Notes: a model not told the origin generated them from the letters alone. A stretch of 64,000 bases of DNA from an uncultured archaeon (GCA_000965745.1 CP009479.1:864001-928000), one strand, 5' to 3'; shown: positions 47,908 to 58,353, numbered from the stretch's first letter. Program-made: numbers and translations.

Positions 47908-48909
47908 GTGGTCGCGTTGAATGGTGAGATGGGTGAGAAGATAGTAAGATGGGACTTGGATGATATAGAGATGGAGGCAACAGTCACATTTCCTGGAGAC
48001 GGGAAAGAATACCCGGGTATAGTCATGATTGCAGGAAGTGGTCCGACTGACAGGGACTGGTGTTCCCCACTAATCCCGGGAAGCAACGGTACCGGGAAAC
48101 TGTTGGCTGAAGCTCTCACGAAATCGGGATATGCGACCATCAGGTTTGACAAAAGGGCTTCAGGCCCTTATATACAGGAGAACGTTCAGAAGCTGATGGG
48201 AAGGATCAGCATGAAGGGGCATGCTGAAGAGGTGGAGTCCGCCGTCAAGGCACTCGTTGAAAATACAAACGTGTCCCGGGAAAACTTATGTGCACTAACA
48301 AACAGTGAAGGTGCGATTCATGCCCTGAATTACCAGGCAGGGGCAAGCGAGAACAAGTTCAGTGGGCTCGTTCTTACAGGAGTTCCCGGAAGATCTGTTG
48401 GTGATGTGGCAAGGGAGCAGATATTCAACCAGCTTAAGGGTGCAGAAAATCCGGAATATCTCATGGGTCTTTACGACAAGGCTGTTTCAGATTTTGAGAT
48501 AGGCAAGCCTTATATTCCAGATCCCAAAATCCCTGAAAGCATGGATCTGCTTCTTAGAAGCATAACTTCTCCTGCTAATCAGCCCTTCAGCCTGGAACTC
48601 TGGAAAATGAACCCCGCCGACCTGATAAATGAAGTACCTGATCCGATGCTTCTGCTGATTGGCAAGAAAGATATTCAGGTGAACTGGGAGGTTGACGGTG
48701 CAATTCTTAGAAGAAGACTCTCCGGGAGGCAGAACATAACGATCTCATTTCCTGAAAATGCGGATCATGTCCTGAAATACGAGCCTATGCCAAGGGACCA
48801 GATAGTTCCGGGACTGGCTGGGCAGAACTACAATCAGGCTTCCAGAGACCTTGACGATGAGACCCTTGGAATCATGCTGGGCTGGCTTCGTGAGAACTGC
48901 AGCCGATGA
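47908..48909 (+). CDS. Alpha/beta hydrolase
   Basis: GSGPTDRD, RFDKR, TNSEG nucleophile elbow, GKKDIQV, DHVLK. Confidence 0.85.
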   Translation: MVALNGEMGEKIVRWDLDDIEMEATVTFPGDGKEYPGIVMIAGSGPTDRDWCSPLIPGSNGTGKLLAEALTKSGYATIRFDKRASGPYIQENVQKLMGRISMKGHAEEVESAVKALVENTNVSRENLCALTNSEGAIHALNYQAGASENKFSGLVLTGVPGRSVGDVAREQIFNQLKGAENPEYLMGLYDKAVSDFEIGKPYIPDPKIPESMDLLLRSITSPANQPFSLELWKMNPADLINEVPDPMLLLIGKKDIQVNWEVDGAILRRRLSGRQNITISFPENADHVLKYEPMPRDQIVPGLAGQNYNQASRDLDDETLGIMLGWLRENCSR

Positions 48910-48913
48910 AGTT

Positions 48914-51592
48914 TCAACCCTGATACACGGATGATACGCCATTCACCTTTGTAACCTCGAATGATGCATCGGCAGCTGAGGTCAACTCAGTGTGGTGTGT
49001 GATCATTATCATCTGCTGAACCATGTTTTCATCCTTCAGGGAGTACTGTATGATCTCCTTCAGGTTGTTCCTCCTGTCCTCGTCAAGGAAATTTGTGGGC
49101 TCATCCATAATAACAGTGCTGACCCTTCCTGTCAGATATTTGGCGATGGCGAGTCGCACCGCGATAGCCAAGGAGATTCTCTCCCCGCCACTTAAGGAAT
49201 CAAGTGGCTCTTCAACGCCATTGTTTATCACTTTTATGTCAAAATTCTCGTCTATCCTGACATCGTCAAACTCGAAGTTGAACGACGAAAGGTAATTCCT
49301 TGTCATGTTGTTAATTGAAACGGACGAATCCTTTCTTATGAGGGCCTGAATCCCGTTTCTTTCAAAGGCACTTCTCAGTTTCTCGAGTTTTGCGGAAGCA
49401 GCCTTTATCTTATCCAGTTTCAGTTTGTCCTTCTCCAGGGATGACAATTCGAGTTCTAGCTTTTCAATTGTTGACCTGAAGGTCTTCATCCTTTCAGAAT
49501 ATGCGGTTACATTCTGCCTTATCCCATCCAGCTCTTTCTTCTGCCTGTTGTACAGTTCAACTGCCCTCTCAAGTTCCTGCCTGACATCTCCGAGGGATAT
49601 GATTTCATTACTCTTCTTCTCAAGGTCAGAATCGATCTCGGCCAATGCCCTCCTGTCGTTTTCGAGCTCATTCAGGACCCTGTTGTACTCTGCTTCTGCA
49701 TTCCTTATCCTCTCGTATTTTTCCACCAGGGCCTCAAGCCGGTTCCGGTCCTCATCAGAGGGCTCCATCCCTATGCTGATTACCAGGCTCTCCAGCAACT
49801 CGCTCTTTTCCCTCTCCTCATTTTCGTACCTGGCCAGTTTTTCCCGCAATGTCTCAATGGGGATTCTGCTCACTGCATATGTTATGGAATTGAATTCATT
49901 CTCCTGTTGCTTAAGGGCCTCCTTTTCTTTCATAGCCTCTCCGAGTTTCCCCTCCACGTGTGAAAGTTCTGCAAATTTCGACTTCAACTCATCCATTCTC
50001 TCCTCCTTTTCGGCTATGGAGTCCTTCAGCCTTGAGAGTTCGTCCCTTGCAAGCATGAATCTCTCTATGCCAGGTCTTCTCAGCCGGGCAAGTTCCTCCT
50101 CTCTCTTTCTGTAGGCATTATTGAGGCCGGAAACTTCTGCGCCGGACTCGGCTATTTCCTTCAGAAACTCTTCTTCTCTTGCCTGGTAGGCAGAGTGAAT
50201 CTCCCCGAGGTGAAAATCATCGAGGTCACTTCCGCAAACAGGGCATTTCCTGTTGTCACCAAGCGTCTCCTTATTCTTCCTGAGTTCTGTGAGCTGTCTA
50301 TTGATTCCCCCGACACGCTCTTTCAGGGCATTTCTCTGCCCTTCTATTTCCCTGAGCCCCTTCTCTAGCTCTCCAATTGACCGGGCAACACTGTTCCTGT
50401 CAAGGCTCATCAGGTCGGCAAATTCAGGGGAAGAAAGGGTTCCGGAAAGTTCCATGGCTTTCCTCTTCTCCGCTTTGACTTCTTCATCGGCAGAGTCTTT
50501 CAGCGCTTTATAGCTGTGTAGCGACTTTGCCTTCTCCTCAAGGTCTTTAACAAGGGATTCAACCTCCCTGTACCTTCTGTGGCTTTCTGCAAGTGCCCCT
50601 AGCTTCTTCTTCTCTGCCTCATAGTCACTTATGGCAGTTCTTACATTTTCAAGAGAGACTTCGAGAGTCCTGAACTCGCTCTTGAGGTTGAAAAATCTGG
50701 TAACTTCCGACTTCCTGGCGAACAACGTTTCCTTCTCTATCCTCTCCTTTTCAGCTGCAGAGAACGAGATACCCTTGATGAGCTGCTGGCTCTTCCCGAT
50801 ATTATTCTTGACAGCTTCCGCCTTGGCCTTCAGTTCGTCAATCCTGGTTCTTACCGCATCAAAACCTGCCTTTTTCTGCATTGCGTCGTCTCTTCTTATT
50901 TCGAGCTCCTGCATTGCCTCGTGCGCCTTCTTCTCTCTCCCGGCTTCTTCTGATAAGAGAACTTCAGCCTTTTCTAACTCCTCTTTAGCTTCAGACCTGT
51001 CACCGGATATCCTGTCAAGCCTGTCCTGAATGTTTGAAAAGCGCGCTTCTTCCAAGCGCAGTGCATCCCTTATGCTCTTTATCTTCTGCGCATTCTCCGA
51101 CAGCACATCAATTCCAATGATTTTGCTGAACAGTTTCTCCCTGTTGGCAGGCGTTTCAGAAATGAGCGCGTCCATCTCGCCCTGCCTGACAAAAACAGAA
51201 TTCAGGAATATGTCCTTCGGGATCCTTAGCCCGTCCTTTATCTCCTTGTTTACTCCCTCGGCAGTCTCTGCTATCATCACATTGTCAAGCTTGATCCAGG
51301 AATTTCTTCCGGTTATGCTGCTCTTCCCAAGGGTAAGGCTCCTGAACAGCTCGTAATATCTGTCGTTAAGCCTGAAGCCGATGGTGACTGCACACTCCCT
51401 TGCGCCGCTCCTTATGAGCTCGGCAATCTTGTCGCCGCGCTTCTCGCCGAAAAGGGCGAACCTGATTGCATCAACAATGCTGGATTTTCCCGCACCATTT
51501 TTTCCATAAATGATGTTGATGCCATTCTCGAAGCGAATCAGCGTGTCAGAATGAGACAGGAAATTGTTAAGCTGGATATAGTCAATTATCAT
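48914..51592 (-). CDS. rad50: Rad50 ATPase
   Basis: NFLSH, GKNGAGKSS, QGE, CPVC zinc hook, LSGGE, MDEPT. Confidence 0.96.
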   Translation of the reverse strand: MIIDYIQLNNFLSHSDTLIRFENGINIIYGKNGAGKSSIVDAIRFALFGEKRGDKIAELIRSGARECAVTIGFRLNDRYYELFRSLTLGKSSITGRNSWIKLDNVMIAETAEGVNKEIKDGLRIPKDIFLNSVFVRQGEMDALISETPANREKLFSKIIGIDVLSENAQKIKSIRDALRLEEARFSNIQDRLDRISGDRSEAKEELEKAEVLLSEEAGREKKAHEAMQELEIRRDDAMQKKAGFDAVRTRIDELKAKAEAVKNNIGKSQQLIKGISFSAAEKERIEKETLFARKSEVTRFFNLKSEFRTLEVSLENVRTAISDYEAEKKKLGALAESHRRYREVESLVKDLEEKAKSLHSYKALKDSADEEVKAEKRKAMELSGTLSSPEFADLMSLDRNSVARSIGELEKGLREIEGQRNALKERVGGINRQLTELRKNKETLGDNRKCPVCGSDLDDFHLGEIHSAYQAREEEFLKEIAESGAEVSGLNNAYRKREEELARLRRPGIERFMLARDELSRLKDSIAEKEERMDELKSKFAELSHVEGKLGEAMKEKEALKQQENEFNSITYAVSRIPIETLREKLARYENEEREKSELLESLVISIGMEPSDEDRNRLEALVEKYERIRNAEAEYNRVLNELENDRRALAEIDSDLEKKSNEIISLGDVRQELERAVELYNRQKKELDGIRQNVTAYSERMKTFRSTIEKLELELSSLEKDKLKLDKIKAASAKLEKLRSAFERNGIQALIRKDSSVSINNMTRNYLSSFNFEFDDVRIDENFDIKVINNGVEEPLDSLSGGERISLAIAVRLAIAKYLTGRVSTVIMDEPTNFLDEDRRNNLKEIIQYSLKDENMVQQMIMITHHTELTSAADASFEVTKVNGVSSVYQG

Positions 51593-52745
51593 AGTTACCA
51601 ACTTCGAAATCTATTCCAAGTTTCTCGAGTATTACCCGCCGTGCCTTTTCGAATTCATCATCCCTTAGTGTCTCATAGACCTCATTCGCAAGGGAGGACA
51701 TGCTATCATCACCAAAATACGCTTTGAAGTAATCGATAAGGCTGTTCATGTTGGGTTCTTCAACCGACACCTCTTTTTGAGGGTCGAACCTCACTCTTCT
51801 GAAGAAATACTGGTCTGATAGCTTCTTGAGGGAATTCTTGACCTCTTCCCTGTCGGACTCACCAGTTATCGTGAGAAGCACCATTGGCTTCTTTTCCCCG
51901 AACCTGTCAGCATACCTGCTGTGCATTTTCTCGAGTTCATCAATATAGTTTTCCTGCCTCGCGGTGACTTCGACCTGAAACCTTGTGCTCTTGAGCCTGA
52001 CTCTTTCAACTGATACCTCCCCTCCCTTTACTTCAACGAGATTGACGCCCTTGCCCCCTTTCAGGAACCTTGCGATCTCGCTGGAACTGGTCATGTCGGT
52101 GGACCCTGCGTATGAGAATACTGGATATTCCTTGTCCCTCACCACATGATCGTGGATATGCCCGAATGCAAGGTACGAGAAGGTTTTCGGGAGATCGTCA
52201 TACCTGGCCTCACATGCTTCAGGGTGCAGGTAAGGTGAAACAGCCTGGTGTGAGAGGAGTACTGAGGATCTATAATCTGTTGCCATGGATTCTGCTTTCC
52301 TGTACTCTTCAACAAGCAGATCCTTCCTGAGCCCTTTCATATTTGAAATTCCGTAAAGAAGCATGCTTTCACCGTCGTAGCTGAGCTCAACATTTCTCCG
52401 GGCATCCGGAGCCCCGTCATCGAGCAGCTTAACACCGAGAAAATCAAATATCTTGGAAGCCGGGTCATCCCTTCTTTTAGGCCTGTCGTGGTCGCCCATT
52501 ATTATGTACATGCCCCTGTTTGCATCAGATATCTGCCTGGCGAAATCCTTGAACTTGAGCAGTGCGTGGTTTCCAGGATTCCATGTGTCAAACAGGTCTC
52601 CAGTGTGGATGAAGAAGTCTACATGCTCCGAAAGACCAATATTTATGGCTTCCTGGAAAGCCTCGTAGAAATCCTCTTCCCTGAAAGATTCTCCATATTC
52701 CCTGTTTCCAAGGTGTGTGTCCGAGAAGTGAAGGAACTTGACCAT
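51582..52745 (-). CDS. mre11: Mre11 nuclease
   Basis: SDTHLG, GDLFD, GDHD, HQ, GHIH, YAGS. Confidence 0.95.
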   Translation of the reverse strand: MVKFLHFSDTHLGNREYGESFREEDFYEAFQEAINIGLSEHVDFFIHTGDLFDTWNPGNHALLKFKDFARQISDANRGMYIIMGDHDRPKRRDDPASKIFDFLGVKLLDDGAPDARRNVELSYDGESMLLYGISNMKGLRKDLLVEEYRKAESMATDYRSSVLLSHQAVSPYLHPEACEARYDDLPKTFSYLAFGHIHDHVVRDKEYPVFSYAGSTDMTSSSEIARFLKGGKGVNLVEVKGGEVSVERVRLKSTRFQVEVTARQENYIDELEKMHSRYADRFGEKKPMVLLTITGESDREEVKNSLKKLSDQYFFRRVRFDPQKEVSVEEPNMNSLIDYFKAYFGDDSMSSLANEVYETLRDDEFEKARRVILEKLGIDFEVGNYDN

Positions 52746-54284
52746 TTAATCACCCAGAAGGTTCCTGATCCTTTTGTTGTCCTCAGCTGGATCGGTCTTC
52801 TTTCTTCGGTCCTCCCTGGCCTCACGGAGGAGCGAAACCAGATCAACATCCCCTCCTCCCTCTCGCGTCTTTCTTTCCCTTATCTTTGTCACGACAGGAA
52901 GTTTCACGAATTCCCCAACAAGGACTGCTTCACCGACATTAAGCGATGGAAGGTCGTCTATGACGGCCTGGCTTATGCTTTCTCCACTCTCGAGGACAGC
53001 ATTCTGGTCAAGGGGATTTGTTATCCTGAGAATTATTTCGGAATTGCACTGGCTCAGCACATCCTGGTCAATCTTTCCCGGCCTCTGTGTGATAACCACA
53101 AGGAAAATGCCGAATTTTCTGCCTTCTGAAGCTATCTTCTTGATCATGGCTGATATCTGGGTGTTCTGCTTCGGAGGGACAAAGTTGTGTGCCTCCTCAA
53201 TAAACACAAAAACTGGGTACTTGTAGTCCGATGTTGCCTTTATTTCGTAAATCTCGTTCAGGACCCGGAACGAGAAATAGTTTGCAAGGAACTGGTCCAT
53301 CCCTGAGAGGTCGAGAATGCTCATCTGTCCCGGTGCCAGATACTCTCCTATGCCAGTGGTCCTTTCCCCGAAAATTGACTTTATCTTGGACAGGAACCTG
53401 AGCCTTCCTGCAATCTTTCTCTGGTCTTCCTGCTGCAGCTTGTCCGCACTTTTTATGAAGTCATCAAGGTCCTTTCTTCCGGACATCTGCTTCATCATCT
53501 CATCAACAATTCTGTTAAGGTTCGTCCATGACTCTTTTATTCCCATTATTCCCGAGACATCTTCAGTTTCCATGTCCTGGAACCTCAATGAAAAGTCTTC
53601 GGCAAAGAAGCTTGAGGGGGAATATCTGCCAGTGCTAAGGGGAGTCCTGAATACCTTCACAGAATCCGCGAACTCCTTATCTTCCGAGCCACGCTGCATC
53701 AGCACATAGTCGGCGTGGGGGTCAAGAACTATTATCGTTGCACCCTTCTTCAGGAGCTCTTCCATCAGGACTCCTGCAGTATGGCTTTTTCCCGCGCCTG
53801 TCTGTGCCACAATTGCCAGATGCCTTCTCAGCCCGTTCACGTTTACAGCCACTCTGACATCGGATCTGTCGGCAAGGTACCCTATATGGAGGGATTCCTG
53901 CTCCCCATAACCGAAAATTCCTTCCAGAAGGCCGGTTTCCGCCCTGTACACTTCGGTTCCTGGCTTGATAAGTTCCCTGGTCAGATTCAGCCCATCACCA
54001 TTCAAGGTTCCGAGGGTTCTAGTATAGCATATTATGTTATTGTCGCCTATCTCGCTCGTCACGTATTTCGAGACACTCTCGAAATCGAGGCCCGTATTCA
54101 GCAGCTCGCTCCGGGAGACGATCCTCTCAACTCTTCCTATTATCCTGTCTTTCCCGCTGTTTATGTAAACATACTCCCACTTCTTGACTTCAGCATCGGG
54201 GTTCAGCACAAACATGAACGAGTCTGACGAGTTGTCACCTACTGTAAAACCCAGGTTAGATTCTGATTCTGGCACGTCTTTCAC
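52746..54284 (-). CDS. herA: HerA helicase
   Basis: HAS barrel, RHLAIVAQTGAGKS, DPH, EEAHNF, EGRKFG, TQRP. Confidence 0.95.
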   Translation of the reverse strand: MKDVPESESNLGFTVGDNSSDSFMFVLNPDAEVKKWEYVYINSGKDRIIGRVERIVSRSELLNTGLDFESVSKYVTSEIGDNNIICYTRTLGTLNGDGLNLTRELIKPGTEVYRAETGLLEGIFGYGEQESLHIGYLADRSDVRVAVNVNGLRRHLAIVAQTGAGKSHTAGVLMEELLKKGATIIVLDPHADYVLMQRGSEDKEFADSVKVFRTPLSTGRYSPSSFFAEDFSLRFQDMETEDVSGIMGIKESWTNLNRIVDEMMKQMSGRKDLDDFIKSADKLQQEDQRKIAGRLRFLSKIKSIFGERTTGIGEYLAPGQMSILDLSGMDQFLANYFSFRVLNEIYEIKATSDYKYPVFVFIEEAHNFVPPKQNTQISAMIKKIASEGRKFGIFLVVITQRPGKIDQDVLSQCNSEIILRITNPLDQNAVLESGESISQAVIDDLPSLNVGEAVLVGEFVKLPVVTKIRERKTREGGGDVDLVSLLREAREDRRKKTDPAEDNKRIRNLLGD

Positions 54285-55320
54285 CTCTTGTCTCGTAAAA
54301 CGGGACTCCTACAACACTTTCGAATGTTCTCATGTATAACCCTTCAATTTCTTTCTGCCTGAACTTGACGTCCCTGTCCACGTCAGCAAGCCAGATATTG
54401 TGGGTTTTCAGGCCACCATATCCCCAGAAGATCATCTCCATAATATCGCCGTCCAGGTCGTATGCTGCAGTCCTGGCATCAGCGGAATCCTGTGCTTCAG
54501 GCAGTACAAGGTCAACCTTGATGGGCAGATCATTATGATCAGGCAGGGCATGTAGGGTTACTACATTAAGCCTTGACTGGCCAAGCTCATTCCTGTCAGC
54601 CGGGAATGACACCTTCAGAGGCACGGTGTAGCCACTTGCTTTGGCGAACGATTTGATAAGAAGATGATCGGTTCTCCTGTACTCACGCTCGCTTTTGATC
54701 ATATCTTCGGTGTGCACACTCCTGTCCAGGTTATCAAGCAGGTAATTCCTGAAAAGCAAACTTTCCGAGCTTTTTGCTACGAATGCCATCGGTATCCCGT
54801 TCTCTATGCAGTACCGGAGCAGTGCGTAGAGTTCCCTGAAGTAAATTTCGATGAAGTTTTCATAGTTTTCAGCATCTATCCTGTTTCTCTTATGCCTGAG
54901 CCTTCCAGCCAGAGATCCATCCATGAGGACATAATCGGGCTTCTCCTCCTTCAGGAGATTGAGTGTTGCAACATGTTCTGTGTGCTCCATCAGAAGTATG
55001 GTGAAATTTCTTATTTCGTCCCTGTTCACGTCCATTACCTCGCAGATGAAATCTTTGGCAGTTCTGTTCTTTGTCTTGGCATAAGCCCTTATGAGGATCA
55101 GCTTCTTTCCGTTGTACAGTTCACGGACAAATTCGCTGCTGTCTGTGGCAGAGATCGAACCCGGATTGAACCTGCTGTCTGCTTTCTCTATGAAATTCTT
55201 GCCGAAAGCTTCATCATACAGGCGCCTGAGAGGAGAATCGCTGTCTATCAGCAATGACTCCCTTACCCTCTCCAGATTATCGTTAAGAAACTTAAGGTAG
55301 TCCTCATAGGTATCATTCAT
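54256..55320 (-). CDS. nurA: NurA nuclease
   Basis: ATDSS, E..E, MDGSL, AKSS, D motifs; first gene of the herA-mre11-rad50 operon. Confidence 0.88.
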   Translation of the reverse strand: MNDTYEDYLKFLNDNLERVRESLLIDSDSPLRRLYDEAFGKNFIEKADSRFNPGSISATDSSEFVRELYNGKKLILIRAYAKTKNRTAKDFICEVMDVNRDEIRNFTILLMEHTEHVATLNLLKEEKPDYVLMDGSLAGRLRHKRNRIDAENYENFIEIYFRELYALLRYCIENGIPMAFVAKSSESLLFRNYLLDNLDRSVHTEDMIKSEREYRRTDHLLIKSFAKASGYTVPLKVSFPADRNELGQSRLNVVTLHALPDHNDLPIKVDLVLPEAQDSADARTAAYDLDGDIMEMIFWGYGGLKTHNIWLADVDRDVKFRQKEIEGLYMRTFESVVGVPFYETRGERRARIRI

Positions 55321-55394
55321 AATCAAACACTTGATGGCTGATGTTCCCATGAGATTGTGTGATTAAAAATTTTGTTGTATTGCCTGCTGAACAA

Positions 55395-56480
55395 TCAGGA
55401 AACGGATAATGGCACTATTGTGAAGCTGAGGATGAACATTACAAGCGCAGCTACACCAAGAAGGATATCCCGTGACGGAATGCCTGAATAGTCATCAAGG
55501 GCAGGGGGATGATTGAGGCCCATGAACACGACGAACATGGCAAGGAACCACCACCCGTTGTACCTGAAGCCTATGAGGAAGAGGAAAGCGACAAATATGT
55601 AGTCAACAACTGAAGCCCTTTTCCCCAGAAGCCCCCTGACAACATGCCCGCCGTCAAGCTGTCCCACAGGAATCAGATTCATCGCTGTTGCGAATATGCC
55701 AACCCAAACAGAAAACACCATTGGAAATACCGGTCCCTGAAATTCTGTTGTGAGTCCAAGGAACTGATAGAGCAATGGAAAGTTGATCACGAACGGCATG
55801 TAATTGCCCGTGGCAGGGAAGAAGCCCTGCACGTACTCCGCGACAAACAGGAGTGGAAGTGCTGTCAGGAACCCGGCAATAGGGCCTGCTGCACCGATCT
55901 CCAACATTACTTTCTTGTTTGGAATCGGATCACGCAGGGAAATGAAGGCTCCAAATGTTCCTATCCCCACCGGGAACGGGATGAAAAAGGGGAGGGACGC
56001 TTTCACCTTGTGCCTTCTGGCAACTATATAATGCCCGGTTTCATGCACTCCGAGTATCAGCATGAGTGGGGCCGAAAAGAACACGAACCCGTATATGTAT
56101 TTGAGAGCGCCTCCCCATGCACCGGGCTGGACAAAATTTGCAGCATATATTGACCCCACGTATATGGTTGAAGCCAGAGTTAGGACAAGCATCACGAGAT
56201 TAACGTAATTGCTCCTGTAGGTAGTGGCTGGCCTCCTTGACACCTCTATGAAATTTTCAACGTCCTTGACAAGAAAAGGGACATATCCTTCAGGCACAAG
56301 CTCTGTCCTCAGTTTGTCGAACTCATTTGTAAGATCTGGATTGTCGCTCAGGAAAAAGAAGAATCGGATACTCAGAGGGTTGACATCAGTCTCGTATACA
56401 TTGATGTAGGATCTTACTGTCCTGACCACCTTTTCAAGGTCTTCGCTCTGAATCCTAACAGTCCTCGAGGTATTCTCCAT
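55395..56480 (-). CDS. Site-2 (M50) intramembrane metalloprotease
   Basis: HETGH, GTFGA, AGP, NLIPVGQLDGGH. True start is probably the ATG at 56480; the ORF extension overlaps an ncRNA. Confidence 0.92.
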   Translation of the reverse strand: MENTSRTVRIQSEDLEKVVRTVRSYINVYETDVNPLSIRFFFFLSDNPDLTNEFDKLRTELVPEGYVPFLVKDVENFIEVSRRPATTYRSNYVNLVMLVLTLASTIYVGSIYAANFVQPGAWGGALKYIYGFVFFSAPLMLILGVHETGHYIVARRHKVKASLPFFIPFPVGIGTFGAFISLRDPIPNKKVMLEIGAAGPIAGFLTALPLLFVAEYVQGFFPATGNYMPFVINFPLLYQFLGLTTEFQGPVFPMVFSVWVGIFATAMNLIPVGQLDGGHVVRGLLGKRASVVDYIFVAFLFLIGFRYNGWWFLAMFVVFMGLNHPPALDDYSGIPSRDILLGVAALVMFILSFTIVPLSVS

Positions 56481-56494
56481 AAGGTTCACCGTTA

Positions 56495-56690
56495 AACTGT
56501 TCCCCAGGTTAACGAAGTTATTCACGTTTCGTAACTCTCTGACCCACTGGGGATTTTGTTGCCAGCCGCTGATCGAACCTACATAGCATGAACTTATCAT
56601 ACGCTCAGTCCGAGGCCCATGGCGTGGCAAATTATTGTCTCATGTCGTCATACATGTTCATCAGATCACATGTACTATTTTTTGAGACAA
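56495..56690 (-). ncRNA. Three-hairpin box H/ACA pseudouridylation guide RNA
   Basis: Three stem-pocket-stem hairpins followed by AUA, ACA and ACA. K-loop in the first hairpin. The third pocket is complementary to archaeal 23S helix 69. Confidence 0.8.
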
Positions 56691-56710
56691 CCTAATAGGT
56701 AATACTCTCT

Positions 56711-56724
56711 CTTAAAGTTTTTAT
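56711..56724 (-). promoter_or_regulatory. BRE/TATA of the H/ACA RNA
   Basis: ATAAAAAC-TTTAAG on the minus strand, 21-26 nt upstream of hairpin 1. Confidence 0.5.
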
Positions 56725-56856
56725 CTCAAATGTGTTAAATTAACTGAAATTGCTGAGCTGCCAGTATGAATTATGCATGGTCACTCAGAACATAATATAT
56801 CAACTCTGCTCCATGAACCGCTTCTCTTCCGGCAAAAACGGCAAAAAAAGTGTGGT

Positions 56857-57840
56857 TTAATCTCTCCAGACTTTCCTTACAGAAGCTATTCTGGGAGATT
56901 CCTCGAGGCTCATCCTGGTCCTGTACGTGATCCTGCCCCTCGTGAACAGGATCTCGACTGAACCACCTATGTTCTCATTTGCCATGTATTCGATGAGTTC
57001 CTTCATCCCGTTTATGTTCTTGTCTCCCATTGCAGTAATGACATCACCGGGTTGGAGCCCAGCATAATAGGCCGGGCTGTCCTGGGAGACCCTGGCAACA
57101 AGAACTCCGCTGTCATTGCTCAGGTTGTATGCGCAGGCAACACTGGAGTTGAGCTCCATTCCAGATATTCCCAGCCAGGGCCTGATGACTCTGCCGTTCT
57201 CCAGAATATCATTCATGATCCTCTTCACTGTGTTGACGGGTATTGCGAAACCCACTCCCTGTGCAAACGGGATCATCGCGGTGTTTATTCCTATCACTTT
57301 GCCTGAAAGGTTTGCAAGAGGCCCTCCACTGTTGCCAGGGTTGATCGCTGCATCAGTCTGGATCAGCCCTTCAAAAATGAAGTCCGCCCATGGGAGGGGC
57401 CTTCCCACTGCACTTACAAGCCCAAGCGATACTGTGGGGTCTCCAGGTAGCCCCAGTGCATTTCCTATTGCAAGCGCCATTTGCCCCGGCCTGACCTTGT
57501 CTGAATCGGCGAGATCTGCAACAGGAAGGCCATGCCCCTCGATCCCGACCAAAGCTATATCTGTGGCAGGATCTGTCCCAAGAACCTCTCCAGGCCTGCT
57601 CTCCCCATTTGGAAGTACTACTTCCACATTTTCAGCCCCCTCAAGCACATGGTTATTGGTGACGATGTGCCCCTCTTGGTCAACAATAATGCCGGATGCT
57701 GAACCAATTGAAGGGGACAGACCGTACATGAAGTTGCGCGAAACCCTTGTAGTGTTGATTGTGACAACACTGTTCCTCAATCTCTCCACAGACTTCTCTA
57801 TCTCACTTTGAAATTTCTCCAGCTCGGACATTAGTTTCAC
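56857..57840 (-). CDS. HtrA/DegP-like trypsin protease with PDZ domain (cytoplasmic)
   Basis: TNNHV, DIAL, QTDAAINPGNSGGP, PDZ domain. Confidence 0.95.
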   Translation of the reverse strand: MKLMSELEKFQSEIEKSVERLRNSVVTINTTRVSRNFMYGLSPSIGSASGIIVDQEGHIVTNNHVLEGAENVEVVLPNGESRPGEVLGTDPATDIALVGIEGHGLPVADLADSDKVRPGQMALAIGNALGLPGDPTVSLGLVSAVGRPLPWADFIFEGLIQTDAAINPGNSGGPLANLSGKVIGINTAMIPFAQGVGFAIPVNTVKRIMNDILENGRVIRPWLGISGMELNSSVACAYNLSNDSGVLVARVSQDSPAYYAGLQPGDVITAMGDKNINGMKELIEYMANENIGGSVEILFTRGRITYRTRMSLEESPRIASVRKVWRD

Positions 57841-57966
57841 CTTTTTCCGGAACTTCTCTGTTGTGCACCTTTATTCCTGATCAGGTTGCACTCAGCTCCT
57901 TCGTCAGAAATAACGGACAAATTAATATATGAGGCAGTATTTGAAAGACTATCTGGTGATTGTAAC

Positions 57967-58311
57967 ATGTCAAGGTCTGCTACACTTGACCTGGTAAGGT
58001 TGGAAAAAAAGAGCTCCGAGCAGAAGATCCTTCATGTCTTCAGGACTTGGACAATTCCTGTTGTAAGAGCACTCGGAGAGAAATCACCATCCAGGTTCAA
58101 TGAACTCAAGAGAAAAATAAGGGGAGTAAGTTCAACAAGCCTTTCTGAAAGGCTTTCGAGCCTTGAAAAAGAGGGAATTCTGCAAAGAGTCGTTGTGCCA
58201 GATAACCCTCCAAGTGTTGAATATTCTCTTACTGCCAAGGGCATGGAACTCCACACAATACTCGTTGAACTGGGAGACTGGGCTGAAAAGTGGAACGAAA
58301 ACATCAGGTGA
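57967..58311 (+). CDS. HxlR-family wHTH regulator
   Basis: W...V..L, RFNELKR, LSERL..LE..G, PP.VEYSLT.KG. Confidence 0.92.
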   Translation: MSRSATLDLVRLEKKSSEQKILHVFRTWTIPVVRALGEKSPSRFNELKRKIRGVSSTSLSERLSSLEKEGILQRVVVPDNPPSVEYSLTAKGMELHTILVELGDWAEKWNENIR

Positions 58312-58353
58312 AGTGTCAAATTAAAAATACACAGTTTCACTCACCTTAACTAC

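Noticed and set aside
48914-55320. HerA/NurA as an anti-phage system
   Set aside because: This is the canonical archaeal DSB-repair operon with mre11 and rad50
56481-56630. N-terminal extension of the M50 protease ORF
   Set aside because: It does not look protein-like and is better explained by the H/ACA RNA; an ATG exists at 56480
56495-56690. TPP riboswitch or 5S rRNA interpretation
   Set aside because: The order of TPP core motifs (CUGAGA...GAACCUGAU) and the 5S helices are absent
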